From: Chiloscyllium plagiosum
Lineage: Eukaryota
Direction of reading: 5' to 3'
DNA length: 64,000 bases
Assembly (NCBI RefSeq): GCF_004010195.1
Contig: NC_057751.1
Span: forward strand, 2,882,379 to 2,946,378
The notes beneath the pieces are model-generated. The model was not told where the DNA came from. It did not search any database and saw nothing but the letters and a program-made list of their open reading frames with translations. Every line of letters begins with the position of its first letter. Positions within the stretch are counted from its first letter, which is position 1. Positions 12,771 to 25,470 of this stretch are shown here, one piece after another. The position numbers and the translations under genes are program-made.

Positions 12771-13444
12771 ACTTCATACAAATGAATGAACAAACTGCTG
12801 CATAACTGCACTGTAATCACTCAGTGAATGGTAAATATTGAATGGTTCCATTGTCAGTCAAAATCGCTGACAATTTCTAGTTGATGTATAGATGTACATT
12901 TGAAAATAGTTTGCAACAGATTGTAGAAAGTAAACTCAAAACATGACACACTGTCGCACATTCCAAGAACTGTAGCACATTCCAATAATCCGGCAAATAT
13001 AGGCACACAATCACAAGAAACCTTTCACAAACTGGAAACCATGAGATGATTCATCAAAATTCCCAAATCTTAGAATATTCTCAACACATTCTCATTCTTT
13101 GAAACAACAATGGGAATATTGACATCATTTTTGTCAGTGAATGACTTGGAGGCAGGGGTGGCAGATGTGGAGATAACAAACAAGCAACGGCAAACAGAAT
13201 CACAGACAAAAGAGAGTCTCTTCAAACAGGATATCACAACAAACAGAAATGTTCAGGCATCCATGTTCTCATCAAACTTCCAGTTGAACATTGCTCAGCT
13301 ATTCACCGTAACCACTCCCAGTGAGCAGGTCAAAGAGGGGGTGGGGGGGCTGTTTACTCAGTTATGGAATGAAGGTATCACTGGCTCGGCCAGCGTTTAT
13401 TGTTGTGAGTCTGTAGTCACATGTAGGCCAGACCAGGTAGGTTA

Positions 13445-13637
13445 GAGACAAAAAAACCTGCAGATGCTGGAATCCAAGGTAGACAAGCAGGAAGCTGGAA
13501 GTACACAGCAAACCAGGCAGCAGCAGGAGGTGGAGATGTCCATTTTTCAGGTGTAAACCTTCTTCAGGACCTGAAACTTCTCTAACTCCGAATGCTGCTT
13601 AGCTTGCTGTGTCCTTCCAGCCTCCTGTTTGGCTACT
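13445..13637. mobile_element. Degenerate fold-back Penelope pLTR (variant of family B)
   Basis: ctgcagatgctgg tail; inverted arms gtagacaagcaggaagctggaag / cttccagcctcctgtttggctac; minus-strand CUGAAGAAGG remnant near 13560-13569. Confidence 0.65.
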
Positions 13638-13679
13638 GGGTAAGGATTAGAAGAAGGGTCAAGTGTATCTCTGCAAATA

Positions 13680-13858
13680 TGAAATCCCTGACTGGGACAG
13701 TAAACCTGGGCCAATCAGGGAGCCCTGACTGACAGGTAAGAAGAGGAGTTTCCGAGATTCTCTTCATTCGAGGGTTTGGCTCTGAGCAAGCTCACCAGAG
13801 TCCAAGGAAATAAAAGATGACTCAGTGATGAGTTACCTGCCCCTTTGGAGTTATTTCA
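13680..13858 (+). mobile_element. Short solo LTR
   Basis: TGAAAT...ATTTCA inverted termini, CCAAT box and AATAAA; related fragments at 4915 and, reversed, at 40282. No clean TSD. Confidence 0.6.
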
Positions 13859-14329
13859 GTTGCTTTCTCTGAAGGACATTAGTGAACCAAATAGGTTTTT
13901 CTTGACAATCAAAAATGGTTTCATGGTCATCATTAGACTCTAAATTCCAGATTTTGATTGAATTCAAATCCCACCACCATCTGCCATGGGAGGTTTTGAA
14001 CCCAGGTCCCCAGAACATGACCAAGTGTCGGTAAATTGACAGTGCATTGATAATGCCACCACCTACCCAGTAAAGACATTTCTTGTGAAATGCCAACTAC
14101 ACTTTTTGGTCACAGTTCTGGTCTCACCCAGAAGTAAGCGTATGTAATAGATGGACAGCATCGTTTGGACAGTTACTTGCACCTATTTCAAGAGACACTC
14201 ATTGCCAGAGGAGGTGGAGGGTGTCGTCAGGAGAGGTGTACCTGTCATGTTTCACCCTGAGAAGACTGACTTTAGCTTGTGGCTTTGTGAACTAGCAATC
14301 ACTTTCTGCCCTCTGCCACAGGAACATTC

Positions 14330-15120
14330 ATAGACACATAGGGCTGAAGAGCAGCAGGAGATCTTCATCCCCATGTGCCTGCTCCACATTGAATCAGATC
14401 ATGGCTGACTTGTTTGTGGTCTCAACTCCACTTTCCTGTCTGCCTCCAATAATCCTTGACTCCTTTGTCTTCTGAAAATCTCTGAAACTCAGCCTTGAAG
14501 AATTCAAAGACCCAGCATCAGAGGAAGAGAATTTCACATACAATTAAGTAAGACCTCTCATTCTGAAACTGTATCCCTTCATTCTAGTCTCTCCTGTAAG
14601 GGGGAACATCTTTCCAGAATCTATGTTCTCCATGTTCCTCAGGATCTTATATGTTCAACTCCAGTAGATAAAGGCCTAACCTGTTTGACAGTTCTCCATA
14701 ATATTACCCGTCAGTTCCAGGAATGAGTCTCAACTCTATCCTGCTTCTCCCTCAGTTTTTGAACAAGGAGACCAAAGCTGGACACAGTACTCCAGATGAG
14801 GGTCTCACCAAGGTCCTGGACAATGTAATTTCCTTGCCCTGAGATTCTGTTCCCCTTGCAACAAAGATAGACATTCCATTTGCCTTCGTCATTACTTGTT
14901 GTTTCTGCAAGCTAGCTTTCTGTTTGTCATGGACCAGTTGCTCACCCCATACCTCGGAGTTCTTCATTCTCTCTTCTTCTCTCTCTCTCTCTCTCTCGAC
15001 TTCAACAATATACTGCTTTTCTGTTCACTCTGCCAAAGTTGACAAATACATCTTTTCCCACAATATTCTCAATCTGATCCTTTCGGCCAGTTAATTCAGC
15101 TGTCTATCACTGGGCAACCT
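14330..15120 (-). mobile_element. Old CR1 3' fragment
   Basis: Minus ORF TKANGMSIFVARG..SRTLVRP, followed by a CR1-like 3' UTR. Confidence 0.65.
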
Positions 15121-15159
15121 CTCTGCCTCCCCTTGGCAATTGATTTCCAGCCTTCCACA

Positions 15160-15610
15160 TCCATCAAAGTTTTACCTGCACATCCACCAATATCATTTAT
15201 TGTATCCGTCGCTCCCGAGACTGGGCGCCTCCTAGCAGAGCGCTTTAGGGAACATCTCCAGGACACCCGCACCAATCAACCACACCGCCCTGTGGCCCAA
15301 CATTTCAACTCCCCCTCCCACTCTGCCGAGGACATGGAGGTCCTGAGCCTCCTTCACCGCCGCTCCCTCACCACCAGATGCCTGGAGGAAGAATGCCTCA
15401 TCTTCCGCCTCGGAACACTTCAACCCCAGGGCATCAATGTGGACTTCAACAGTTTCCTCATTTCCCCTTCCCCCACCTCACCTGATGAAGGGCTTTTGCC
15501 CGAAACGTCGATTCTCCTGCTCCTCGGATGCTGCCTGGCCTGCTGTGCTTTTCCAGCACCACTCTAATCCAGAATCTGGTTTCCAGCATCTGCAGTCATT
15601 GTTTTTACCT
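15160..15610 (+). mobile_element. Penelope-like element fragment (GIY-YIG C-terminus plus family B pLTR)
   Basis: FTCTSTNIIYCIR, then ETGRLLAERFREHL..VAQHFNSPSHS..EECLIFRLGTLQPQGINVDF; this links family B pLTRs to a GIY-YIG ORF. Confidence 0.92.
15481..15512 (+). ncRNA. Minimal hammerhead motif (family B)
   Basis: C CUGAUGA A GGGC-UUUU-GCCC GAAA CG UC|GAU; the core is intact but stem I is very short in this copy. Confidence 0.65.
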
Positions 15611-15737
15611 AACTGATTTCCAAATCTAGCATAGTGTCATCAGCAAATTTAGTGACCATCTCTTTGGTCCCTTCATTCATGTTGTGGAGGCCAAAACATT
15701 GGAAGTTTTGAAGAAGCAGTTAGATATAGTTCCTCAG

Positions 15738-15845
15738 GGAGAAAGTGAGGACTGCGGATGCTGGAGATCAGAGTTGACAGTGTGATCAGGCAGCATTCGA
15801 GGAGCAGGAAAATTGACATTTCAGGCATAAGCCCTTCATCAGGAG
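15738..15845 (-). mobile_element. Family B pLTR fragment
   Basis: gagaaagtgaggactgcggatgctggagatcagag...aagcccttcatcagg. Confidence 0.8.
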
Positions 15846-18024
15846 AAAGCAGGAATGGGGTGCTGACTTGGATGATCATTTTGAACGGGGAATGCCCAGT
15901 GGCCTGCTCCCATTCCTATTCTCTGTTTTCATTTTCCATTGATACAGGTTGTAAATATATGAGGCCTCAGCACTGACGTCTGTGACACCCCAAGCCTTAC
16001 CATTTGCAAACAAAATCCATTTGTACCTATTGTCTCTGTATACTGTTTGCAAACCAATTCTTGATCTGTGTGAATATATTATCTCACGACAACATGTTGT
16101 AACCTTTGGTTGTCACTCGTTGCTTTGAGATCGTTTCTGGATCTCTGCAGCGCCTTGACATCCTTTTCAGAATATAAAGACCGGACCTCCACACAATATT
16201 CACGCATATCCAAAGTAAGGCTTGATACAAGTTTCACAGAATTTCTCTGCTCCTCCATTCTATCTCTGTTGCAAGGAATCCCAGTGCTAGGTCTGCTTTC
16301 ATTGTTGAATTATTCACCTGAATTGCTGACGTTAACTGTCCATCGATTTTTTGAGTAACCATTTGTTATGAACCAGTTATCTTTAATTTATTGGTTTGGA
16401 CACCAAATTGGTAAGCTGTATTAACTTGCTTTGATTAATATATATTTATGGAAGGTTCATGGCTTTGAAGTTTCACTTTGCAACCTTGCAGGTGAAACTG
16501 TGCCTGAGGGAAAACAAGGTAACAGGAAAGCAAAATTAAACCACACAGTTGCATCTCAAAGCAAGATATCATGTCCTGGTTGGTTTTGAGTTGTGACAGG
16601 TCTTTTATCCATTGCAGATGCAATCTGACCAGATGCATGACTTGATCAGACATCCTCACCAGCTTGTGTTCTTTCAATCCAGTGGAGTTTGTCATGTGGT
16701 TAAACAGGAACAACAGCTGAAATGAGATGGAACAGCAGTAAATCAGAGTAGGCACATATAGGAGGAGGTCAGAGACAGAAGCAGAAGGAATATATCACTG
16801 AATTAAACATTTATTCAAACATATTCATGCTTGGTGAATGCGTTTCTATTAAGCTTTGATTTAGCTCTTATGATTCCAGCAGCTCAATTCAACACTCACC
16901 TGCCCTGAAGGAACTGGTTTGATAAAGTTCCCAAGAAGGCAACTTAATTCAAAATTTTGTTTCTTTACTTTGTGGTGCCCAGAAGGGATTTTTCTTTTAT
17001 AAATTATCTATAGATTTACAGCAGTGGAAGTGTGAAATGATATCACCTTTTTTTGTATTAATCCCAGAGGAAGTATGAGTTCTGGCTCAGTTCCCAGGCT
17101 GTTGCAGGGATAAGAGTGGGGTTGTACAGACCAGGTCTCTGATCCCCAGCTAACACCTAAAATCCATTAATTCAATGCCCTGAAGCCTTCTTAAGCACAT
17201 TGCAAAAGATTGTTCCTCCAGTGAGTCAGCTGAATTGTGCAAGCTAAAGAATGAAAGTTATCAGCAATTTGTCCGTTCCAAAATGATTAAATTGGAATAT
17301 ATTAATGGGGTATGATGTTATTTTAATCAAACTGAGTAGGCAATGCTGCAAAACCACTGTTATCACCAGCACTTAATGATGGTTTGAATACCTGAATCCC
17401 TTGTTTAGTTATTACTGTGACTATTAAGAGCAGATCAGATTGGCTGTACCATTGGATGGAATGGCATGTCCCTGCATTGTAATGCCACTTATTTTCTGCA
17501 GTTCACTGACACAATTCCCTCCAGTCAGTTGGTCTCATGTTCCCTGTGATATGAATTGTACACTTTTTCTTCCCAGTAATTGGTAAAGTATCATGCAACA
17601 TGGGGATCATGGCAATGAGGAGACCTCCTGAAACACACCCTTACGCACGCAAAATCTTCCTCCAAAGCAGCAACAGAGTATTATTTCCGCACTGCCTTGA
17701 TCCTTAGTCTGAGTTCGTCTGTACACAATGGATGGGGAGAAACAGTTCCACAACAGAAAGATGAAAAACAAATGGCTCATTCGCAAAAGAAGCACAAACA
17801 AGATGAGGGAATTTTTTTTTGTTCTGCAGTGAATGGTTAGAGTTTGGAATGCTCTGCCTCAGGGTGAAGGCTGATTTGATTAAAAATTCAAAATGGAGTG
17901 AGACTGTTGTCTGAAAAGGAAGGAGTTGCTGAGTTCTGGGGCAAGGCAGCAGAATGTCACAATGTGAATTGCTCACTTGGAGGGCTGGGACAGATACAAT
18001 GGGCAGAGTGCCCTCCTATTCTGT

Positions 18025-18190
18025 GACAGAGTCAGAGAGATGTGCAGCCAGGTAACAGAACTTTCAGTCCAACTTGTCCATGCTGACCAGATATCCTAAA
18101 TTAGTCTAGTCCCATTTGGAAGCATTTGGTCCATATCCCTCTAAACCCTTCCTATTCAGGTACCCATCCAGATGTCTTTGAAGTGTTGTC
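18025..18190 (-). mobile_element. CR1 3' tail
   Basis: Same tail family as 45366-45560. Confidence 0.8.
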
Positions 18191-19230
18191 ACAGTCAGCT
18201 GTAAAGGTTCACTGCTCCTTTTTTTCACATCCCACCTGGTACCTGCTCACTCTCTTCCTCCCTTTTTAACGTGCTGTTGTTTTGATCTCTGTTTTTAAAA
18301 GTTCCAAAACAATGCAACAGCTTAATAAACAGTAATTATTGCTCTAAGATCCAGGGGAAATCAGTTCGAACCCTGAAAAATCCTCAGACAATGAGCAGCT
18401 TTTGCAGCCACAGTTTTTTTTCCCATCCACCATCTTGGAATGTCTGGACTCCTTCAATTCTGTGATTCTGTGTCCTTAGTCCCATTTGGTGTTTTAACAA
18501 AGAGGAGTGTCGAAGTCTTCTTTTGCAGTGACAAAGACCACAACCCGAACTCTTCCTTGCCAGCCTTTCTCATCTCTCTGTCTCTTTTTTCTTCCACCTT
18601 TCCTGTTCCACCTCTCTCGACATATATTTTCACTCTCCCCTTTCTCAGTGCCCTCTTTGACTCCACCGTAGCCGAGGCCTTGGCTTCAACAGTTTAAGCC
18701 CCTCTGCCTCCATTAATTCTGAGTTCAACATAATGCTGAGCACCTTGTCCACTTGCCTCTGGTCTCAGCCACGAGGGTTCCCACCACCAATCCAATTGGC
18801 AGGCTCTCCCTGAATCCCATGTGATCTAACGTGACTAATCAGTCTACCATGCAAAACCTTCTCAAGTCTCATTCAACAGATTTCCTCACATATCCAACTC
18901 TTTGTCCTGTCTTCTTGAGGGTGATTGATCTCAGTTGGATGAATGCAGTGCAGAATGGTACCAACAGCATGGATACAATGCCGACAACAGCGATGCTAGT
19001 TTGCAAAGACCTTCTTCACTTGGAGTGATGCCTCTCCAGCTGTTATATAATTTTTGAATGGACAGAGGCAGCAATAATATAATACATAGAACTGTGTTTT
19101 GGAATACAGCCCTTCAAGCCTCCTGCAGCATTTCATGACATTGTGATCAATCTGTATCCAAACCTCGACCACTTGCTTTCATTCCAGAACCCTGGGCTTG
19201 CAAACAAATCTGTCAATGTCAGATTTCAAG

Positions 19231-19375
19231 TGATGTGGAGGTGGACTGGGGTGGAGAAAGTTAAAAATCACACAACACCAGGTTATAGTCCAACAGCTTT
19301 ATTCGGAAGCACTAGCTTTTGGAGCGCTGCTCCTTAATTCGGTAGCTGCCTGACTAGTGACCTGTGTGATTTTTA
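19231..19375 (-). mobile_element. Family A pLTR fragment with a decayed hammerhead
   Basis: gttaaaaatcacacaacaccaggttatagtccaacag, as at 8902 and 39451; the core is mutated; both flanks read agatttcaaNtgat. Confidence 0.8.
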
Positions 19376-20485
19376 GATTTCAAATGATTCATTGAGAAAG
19401 CATGTCTTGCTTTTTGTGAGAGATACTTGCACACCTCTCTTACTGTTTGTGTGCAGAAGTGCTCCTGAACGTCTCCATTGAAGGTCTGATTATTGCTCTT
19501 TCTGTGAGGCCACCTGTGCAATACTCACTAACCAGCAGAAACTGTCCCAATGAAAGGGAATAATCTTGAGGGACATCAGTCAGTACTCTGATCAGTACTC
19601 CAACTTCTACCTGATCCACCATCCACAGCTGAACACAAAGCACTCATGGACCAGAGAACAACTGTCCACATCCCCTGTCGGTGTCTTCCCCTTCCCCGGC
19701 GAAACCTGACACCCCAGTCCACCTCATCAACCCCTGACATTGCTTCAAATGTCTTGCTTCCCCAGATCCACCTTTCCAAGGTAATCCTGCCCTAATGGGC
19801 TGTACTGTAATTTGCTCAGTTTACTGTGATGGGAAAGCAGCACTCCGCACTGTTCATTTGCAAATAGACCAGCAACTTGGGAAAAGGAAGGAAGATCCTG
19901 TGAAGTACGGATCAGGCCATGTTATTGGAGACTATGTGCAATTCCCATCCTGTGTTTAATCTTCAAAGAAAGGCAATGGTTTTGTGTTAACCTCACTGCA
20001 TCAGTAATCAGGGGGCCTGGGCTTCCATTGAAGGGGTGTGGTTTCAATCCCACCGTGGCTAATGAAATGTAAATTCATGCAGGAAATATCCGGAACTGAT
20101 ATCTGGTCCCACTAACAGTTAAGCATGATAACTGTCATCAGTCACTATCAGGTACACCTGATAGTGGGCAGGAAATCTGCCATCCTCTGCCAGTCTGCTC
20201 TCATGGCACTGCAGATCCATTATAATAGAGTGTCTGAGCTTTACCTGCTCTCTGACATGGCTGAGTCAGCTGCTCATGTGTAGCAACTGGGACTGGGTGA
20301 TAAACCATGGCCTTTCCCACAGTATGCACAGTCCAGAAAAGATGAAATAAAAACTCCCTGGCATTGTTGTGTCTCCACATTGATTACCCATGAAATACAC
20401 CACAGGATATGCAGTGATGCACAACAGTGTTATCTTTTTAGTCATGGAATAGCAACTCAATCTTTCGAGGCCAGAGAATGAACAC

Positions 20486-20602
20486 TTCCTGATGAAGAGC
20501 TTATGCCTGAAACATCGATTCTCCTGCTCCTCAGATGCTGTGCGTTTCCAGCAACAGACCCTCGACTCTGATCTCCAGCATCTGCAGACCTCACTTTCTC
20601 CT
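20486..20602 (+). mobile_element. Family B pLTR fragment
   Basis: ttcctgatgaagagcttatgcctgaaacatcg...ccagcatctgcagacctcactttctcc. Confidence 0.8.
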
Positions 20603-21271
20603 ACTTGCAGGGGTGGTGTCAGGGTGCTCCTTTCCCTCTCCCTCTTTCTGAACCTAAACTGATATTGAGTCTGCCATCCTCCCCCCCATTGATCCCCATT
20701 CGATTTACCAATCAGCTCAGTCTTTGGGCTGCTGATTTCTCATCCTCCCAATTGATTCATTAAGTGATAGAGAGAGTGGTGCAGTGGTCCTGTTCTCAGC
20801 ATTGCAAACTCTGGTTTCGGGTCCCACTCCGGGACTTGGTGACCAATGAAGGTGTGTTCATAACGCAGCCAAACTGGTTAATTATCAACCAACAGTATCT
20901 TTCAACACCCCCCAGTGGCAGGCCTGAAACATCTCCTGGCAGTGATGCTCAGTGCAGAGTGTGCCCCACCAGCTACAGCCTGTGCCCTAAAGCTTGTGAC
21001 CTGTTTCAGGAGAAACTGAAATCAGATGTCATTGTGTGCTCTGTCTGCCTCACACATTATAATATGTGGAAAGTCCTCTAATTGCAAAGTGATAGATAGT
21101 TGGTCCCGCTGTTCACTAACAAATATGAAATGCCTTTACCAACGATGTGTCCAGCAATTGCATTTGTAACAGAAATATGAGTATTCAAGTCAAGCTGGCA
21201 GGCTGTGCTCGAAAAAGCCACAGCCATTGAAATTCTCTGCAATCTGCTCACTGCTTTTAGCCAACATCATT

Positions 21272-21977
21272 TGTTACGAAGATGTGGGTGTACTGTACTA
21301 TTAAGAAAGTTAAAAGCTAGCAGAACTACCAGATAGCACCAAGTGTTCTGAACAAAATATAAGGAAACCTTTTGGTCCAGCAGTTAATGCAGCTGGTTGT
21401 CTTGGAGACAAAAATAAATTCATGTTCAGCCAATCAGTCTAAATTATACCCCAAAATACCAAACTCCAATCAATTTTGAATTTATTGACAATATTAAAAG
21501 CCAATGACACAATCTGATGTTTTGGGGGTATAAGACCAAGAGAAATTGAACAGTTGGAAGACAACTGCCAGAAGACCGATAGATGTAGGCTGCTCGTCAG
21601 AACTATCTGAGAGGTACCTGTCCAGGGAAGGAGTTTGCACAGAGAACAACAACACAGACCAGGAGAGCAACTCGACAGAGGAAAATATAAAGAGCACATT
21701 CGACTGCTGCTGATTTTGAAATTTGAATTTTTGAGTCAATTTTAATCAGTAGTTTTATTGGACTAGTATTATAGAAGGGAAAGTAAAAGATAGGTTAGAG
21801 GAAGGAGTTGTAAATAGCTGTTAGTTAATTACTCTGTTGTACTTTAAGAAGTAAAGTTGTTAATTTTTACATTAAATAGTTCTTGGCCTCTTGGATTTTC
21901 ACAGATTACTGCACAGGATAAAGCTTTTCTGTGTTGCTGGGTTAAATTGAGCAGGAGCGTTTACCCATGACGTAACA
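21272..21977 (+). mobile_element. Solo LTR, about 706 bp
   Basis: TGTTACG...CGTAACA 7-bp inverted termini, CCAAT motifs and a TATA-like ggtataag near 21527. TSD imperfect (catt/attt). Confidence 0.7.
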
Positions 21978-22562
21978 ATTTCTATTGTGATAAACCCCGG
22001 TTTACCAATCCCAAACCTCACAGCAACCCTGTGCTACATTAATCGACAGAGCATTGACCTTCTGGAATCTGGAAGCAGTTCTGAGATCTTAAATCAAATC
22101 TAATCATTTGTACCAGAAATCATAGCTACCGTCTGAATCAATTATAGGAGGACTCTCCCTGTGAATTATTTCTGCGTGAGTGGGCTGAAGACAATTATTG
22201 ACAATATTGACTGTGGTCATTCGGTGCGGCAAGTGAGCAGGAACAACTTACAGGGTGCACTTACAGTGATGTCATTTTGTTAAAAAGCCTTGATTACCCT
22301 GCCATACTCAAAGGAGAAAATTATATGTGATCCTTCAAATGACCGATGAACATATTGGACTGAGTACTCTTCATCAAACAATCAAGTGATAGTGCAACAC
22401 AGAAGGAGACCATTCAACCCATCACTGCCTGTGCTAGCTTCTTTGTGGATTATTTTCCCTTCCTTGGTCTTGCCAGGGACGGCGGTGAATGCTAATTCAA
22501 TTGTAACCTTCAGAAGAAAATGAAAGAAAAGAAGTCAAGATGACAATTGATGAAGATAAATA

Positions 22563-22928
22563 CAGTAGCGCCTTGACATATGAACGACCCCGTTCATGAA
22601 CAAATCACTTTACAAACAGGATTGTACGTAAAATTTTGCTTCAACATACGTACGAAAATCAAGGTACGAACGAAGGTACGAACGCAAAAAGCCCGTTTGC
22701 GACCACTTCGTCTCATTGTTCCGCTTTGCTACGCACTTGTTGAACACAAAAGCTCTTGGGCCCCGCGTGATCTCATTCAGTTCCGTCTTTGGCGCGTGCG
22801 CGGTGAACAGCTGTCCAAGCTCTCTTACGCTATCCGAACAACGGGAAACATTGATTCAGTTCGCAAACTCTTCGGTTCGTGAACCGGGTTCCCGGAACGC
22901 ATTAAGTTCGTAAGTCGAGGCGCTACTG
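22563..22928. mobile_element. Tigger/pogo-like (Tc1/mariner superfamily) MITE
   Basis: 23-bp TIRs: CAGTAGCGCCTTGACATATGAAC versus the right end reverse-complemented, CAGTAGCGCCTCGACTTACGAAC (20/23). TA at 22561-62 and 22929-30. No transposase. Confidence 0.92.
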
Positions 22929-23509
22929 TATTTGAAAGGGGAAAAAAATCCTTGCAATGTTTTCCTATGAGGTGTTGATCATATCCAATTCTGTTTTTTT
23001 ATATCCTGTTTCAAAATCTTCTTCTGGAAGTTATTGCTGCATCTGCTTCGACTGTCCTTTCCAGCAGTGAATTGTCATTCATAACAGTGTGGAAGAGATC
23101 AGGGGTGACTTGATTGAAGTGGATAAGATCCTGAATGGTCCTGACAAGGTGAATGTGGTAAAGATGTTTGCTCTTTGGAATGACTTCAAAAGCAGGAGTA
23201 GTGTTTAAAAATTAACAAGAGTGAGTTGAGGAGAATTTTGTTCTCTCTGAGGGTTGTGTGAATTTGGAATGTTCTGCCTTTGAACACGGTGTAGTTGGGG
23301 GTCATTGAATAGTTTTAAGGCAGAGCTGGCTGGTTTCTTGTTCGGTAAGAGACTCAAAGGTTCTCAGAGGAATCTGGGAATGTAGAATTCAAAACACAAG
23401 CAGATCAGCTGTGATCCGACAGAGGGGGCCAAATGGCCAAATCCTGCTCTGAATTCATCAGATCGGATATTCATAGGCAAAAGTAAATCCAGGGCAAGGA
23501 GGTAACAAG

Positions 23510-24046
23510 ATGGAATATTGCGTGCATTTCTGGTCTCCCTCCTGTCAGAACATGTTGTGAAAACTGAAAGGATTCAGAAAAGATTTACAAGGATGTTGTC
23601 AGAGTTGGAGGATTTGAGGCTGAACAGGCTGGGGCTGTTTTTTTCTGGAGCGTCGGAGGCTGAGGGGTGACCTTATAGAGGTTTACAAAATCATGAGGGG
23701 CACGGATAGGATAAATAGACAAAGTCTTTTCCCTGGGGTCGGGGAGTCCAGAAATCGAGGGGATAGGTTTAAGGTGAGAGGGGATGGACTTAAAAAGGAC
23801 TAAAGGGCAACTTTTTCACGCAGAGAGTGGTGTGTGTGTCGAATGAGCTGCCAGGGGAAGTTGTGAAGGCTGGTTCAATTACAGCATTTAAAAGGCATCA
23901 GGATGGGTGTATACATAGGAAGCATTAAAGAGATATAGGTCAAATTCTGGCAAATGGGATGAAATAAATTGAGGGTATCTGGTCGGTATGGACGAGTTGG
24001 ACCAAAGAGTCTGTTTTCGTGCTGTACATCTCTATGACTCTGACTC
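23510..24046 (+). mobile_element. CR1 3' fragment; an older CR1 piece precedes it at about 23090-23450
   Basis: Colinear with 39310-39993 and 55560-56050; ends tctatgactc. Confidence 0.88.
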
Positions 24047-24644
24047 TAAAACGTTGCTTCGAATTATCTGCAGCCGAGTCATGTTCTGTACTTTGATCAA
24101 CCGAGGATCACAGGAGCAAGATATTTTCTGCTCGGGGTTTTGATCTGATTTTTCACCTCCTGGAGATATGGTCTGCATTTTGGTTTGAAGGGTTAGGAGT
24201 TTATTTATTCTGATGCACAAAGGTTCACGGTGATATAGGACAGGTTGGATGTACCTGAGGATCTGTTTGTGTATTAGTTCATTCTCTCAATGCACATGGA
24301 AGAGAACACATTATTTGATTAAAGGTGAGATCAGCCTGCCAATCCATCTTTTTCCCTTTTATTTCTTGCGAACATGTCACGTACCTTGCTCTGCCAATGA
24401 TTCTATTGTATCAGTATCATGTGTTTTCTCCCTGGACCAAGCAATTAGTTTTGGCCTTTCGCTCTCTGTTGTCAGGCACTGTTCACTGCTGTGCGCGATT
24501 AATTTTCAAAGCAGCTCTGCTTTTCTGATGTACCTTCAAAGTGATTAACAGAACATGATTCATGTTTTACAGGTGCCTTGAGTGAAAACATCCTTGGACT
24601 GCAGAACAAGCTGTCCAGCGTCACATTACAAGCTGTTTTAAAAA

Positions 24645-24900
24645 GAAGGATTTCAATTTCGATTGCTCCTTCACCAACCTCAGGATGTCCCAGAGCAGTT
24701 TGCAGCTCATAGTGTGCTTTGTTTTCAAAATGCATCACTGTTGTCCCAGAGGAAGGGCAAGATAGCCAATTGTGCACTGTATGTTCTCAGTGCACAATGT
24801 GGTCATGGCCAAATCATCTGTTTTAGCCATGTTGATTTGACAGATCAATATTGGCCCCAGGACACGAGGGAGAACTCCCCTGCTGTTCTTGGAAAAGTGC
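24645..24900 (-). mobile_element. Deu-domain SINE (SacSINE1/AmnSINE-like), degenerate
   Basis: Reverse complement resembles 46225-46520 (ggggagttctcc..gtcctggggccaatatt..atcaacatggctaaaacagat). Confidence 0.55.
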
Positions 24901-25280
24901 AACAAGATATTGTACGTCCAGCTCGAAGAACACTTGGCCTTGGTCCAAGAAAGCTTTCAATTTAACTTCACAGGTTCCCTATTTTGAACACAAATCTGGA
25001 TGGTGAAGAAAGCAAGTTTAATGAAATGCCTTGAAATGGTGAGAGAGCCAAAATTACACACAGATCTTGTTGAATGGGAAATACCTGATTGAAAGCATCC
25101 AATGTTAAAGTGAGTGGTTGTTACCTTCTTGTTGTTGACATTAACAAAGCAAAACAATTGCATAATTGCTGTGTCCATCGTGAGTCAAATCCCTGAGGTG
25201 AAATGAAGAAGGGCAGGAGAGTTCCTCTGGCTGTGCCCTTGGCCTGTTTTTACCACAGTCCACAGGTTAGCCAAGATGTT

Positions 25281-25470
25281 CAGCGTGGTGCTGGAAAAGC
25301 ACAACTGGCCAGGCAGCATCCGAGAAGCAGGAGAATCAAGCGGGAACCCTGATGAAGGGCTCTTGCCCGAGCAGTCAATTCTCCTGCTCCTCGGATGCTG
25401 CCTGATCTGCTGTGCTTTTCCAGCACCACACTCCCGACTCTGATCTCCAGCATCTGCACTCCTCACTTTC
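25281..25470. mobile_element. Family B fold-back pLTR
   Basis: Inverted arms gtggtgctggaaaagcaca / tgtgcttttccagcaccac plus a tail; the hammerhead GAAA is mutated. Confidence 0.85.

Larger units (their letters stand above)
13352..14062 (-). mobile_element. SINE interrupted by a Penelope fold-back and a solo LTR
   Basis: Colinear with the copy at 51320-51630 (gtcacatgtaggccagaccaggta ... aaggacattagtgaacc ... ccaccatctgccat) once the inserts are removed. Confidence 0.7.

Noticed and set aside
14116..14133. 18-nt microexon with good splice sites
   Set aside because: Reads QFWS(H/P), a CR1 RT relic; shows that such patterns occur by chance.
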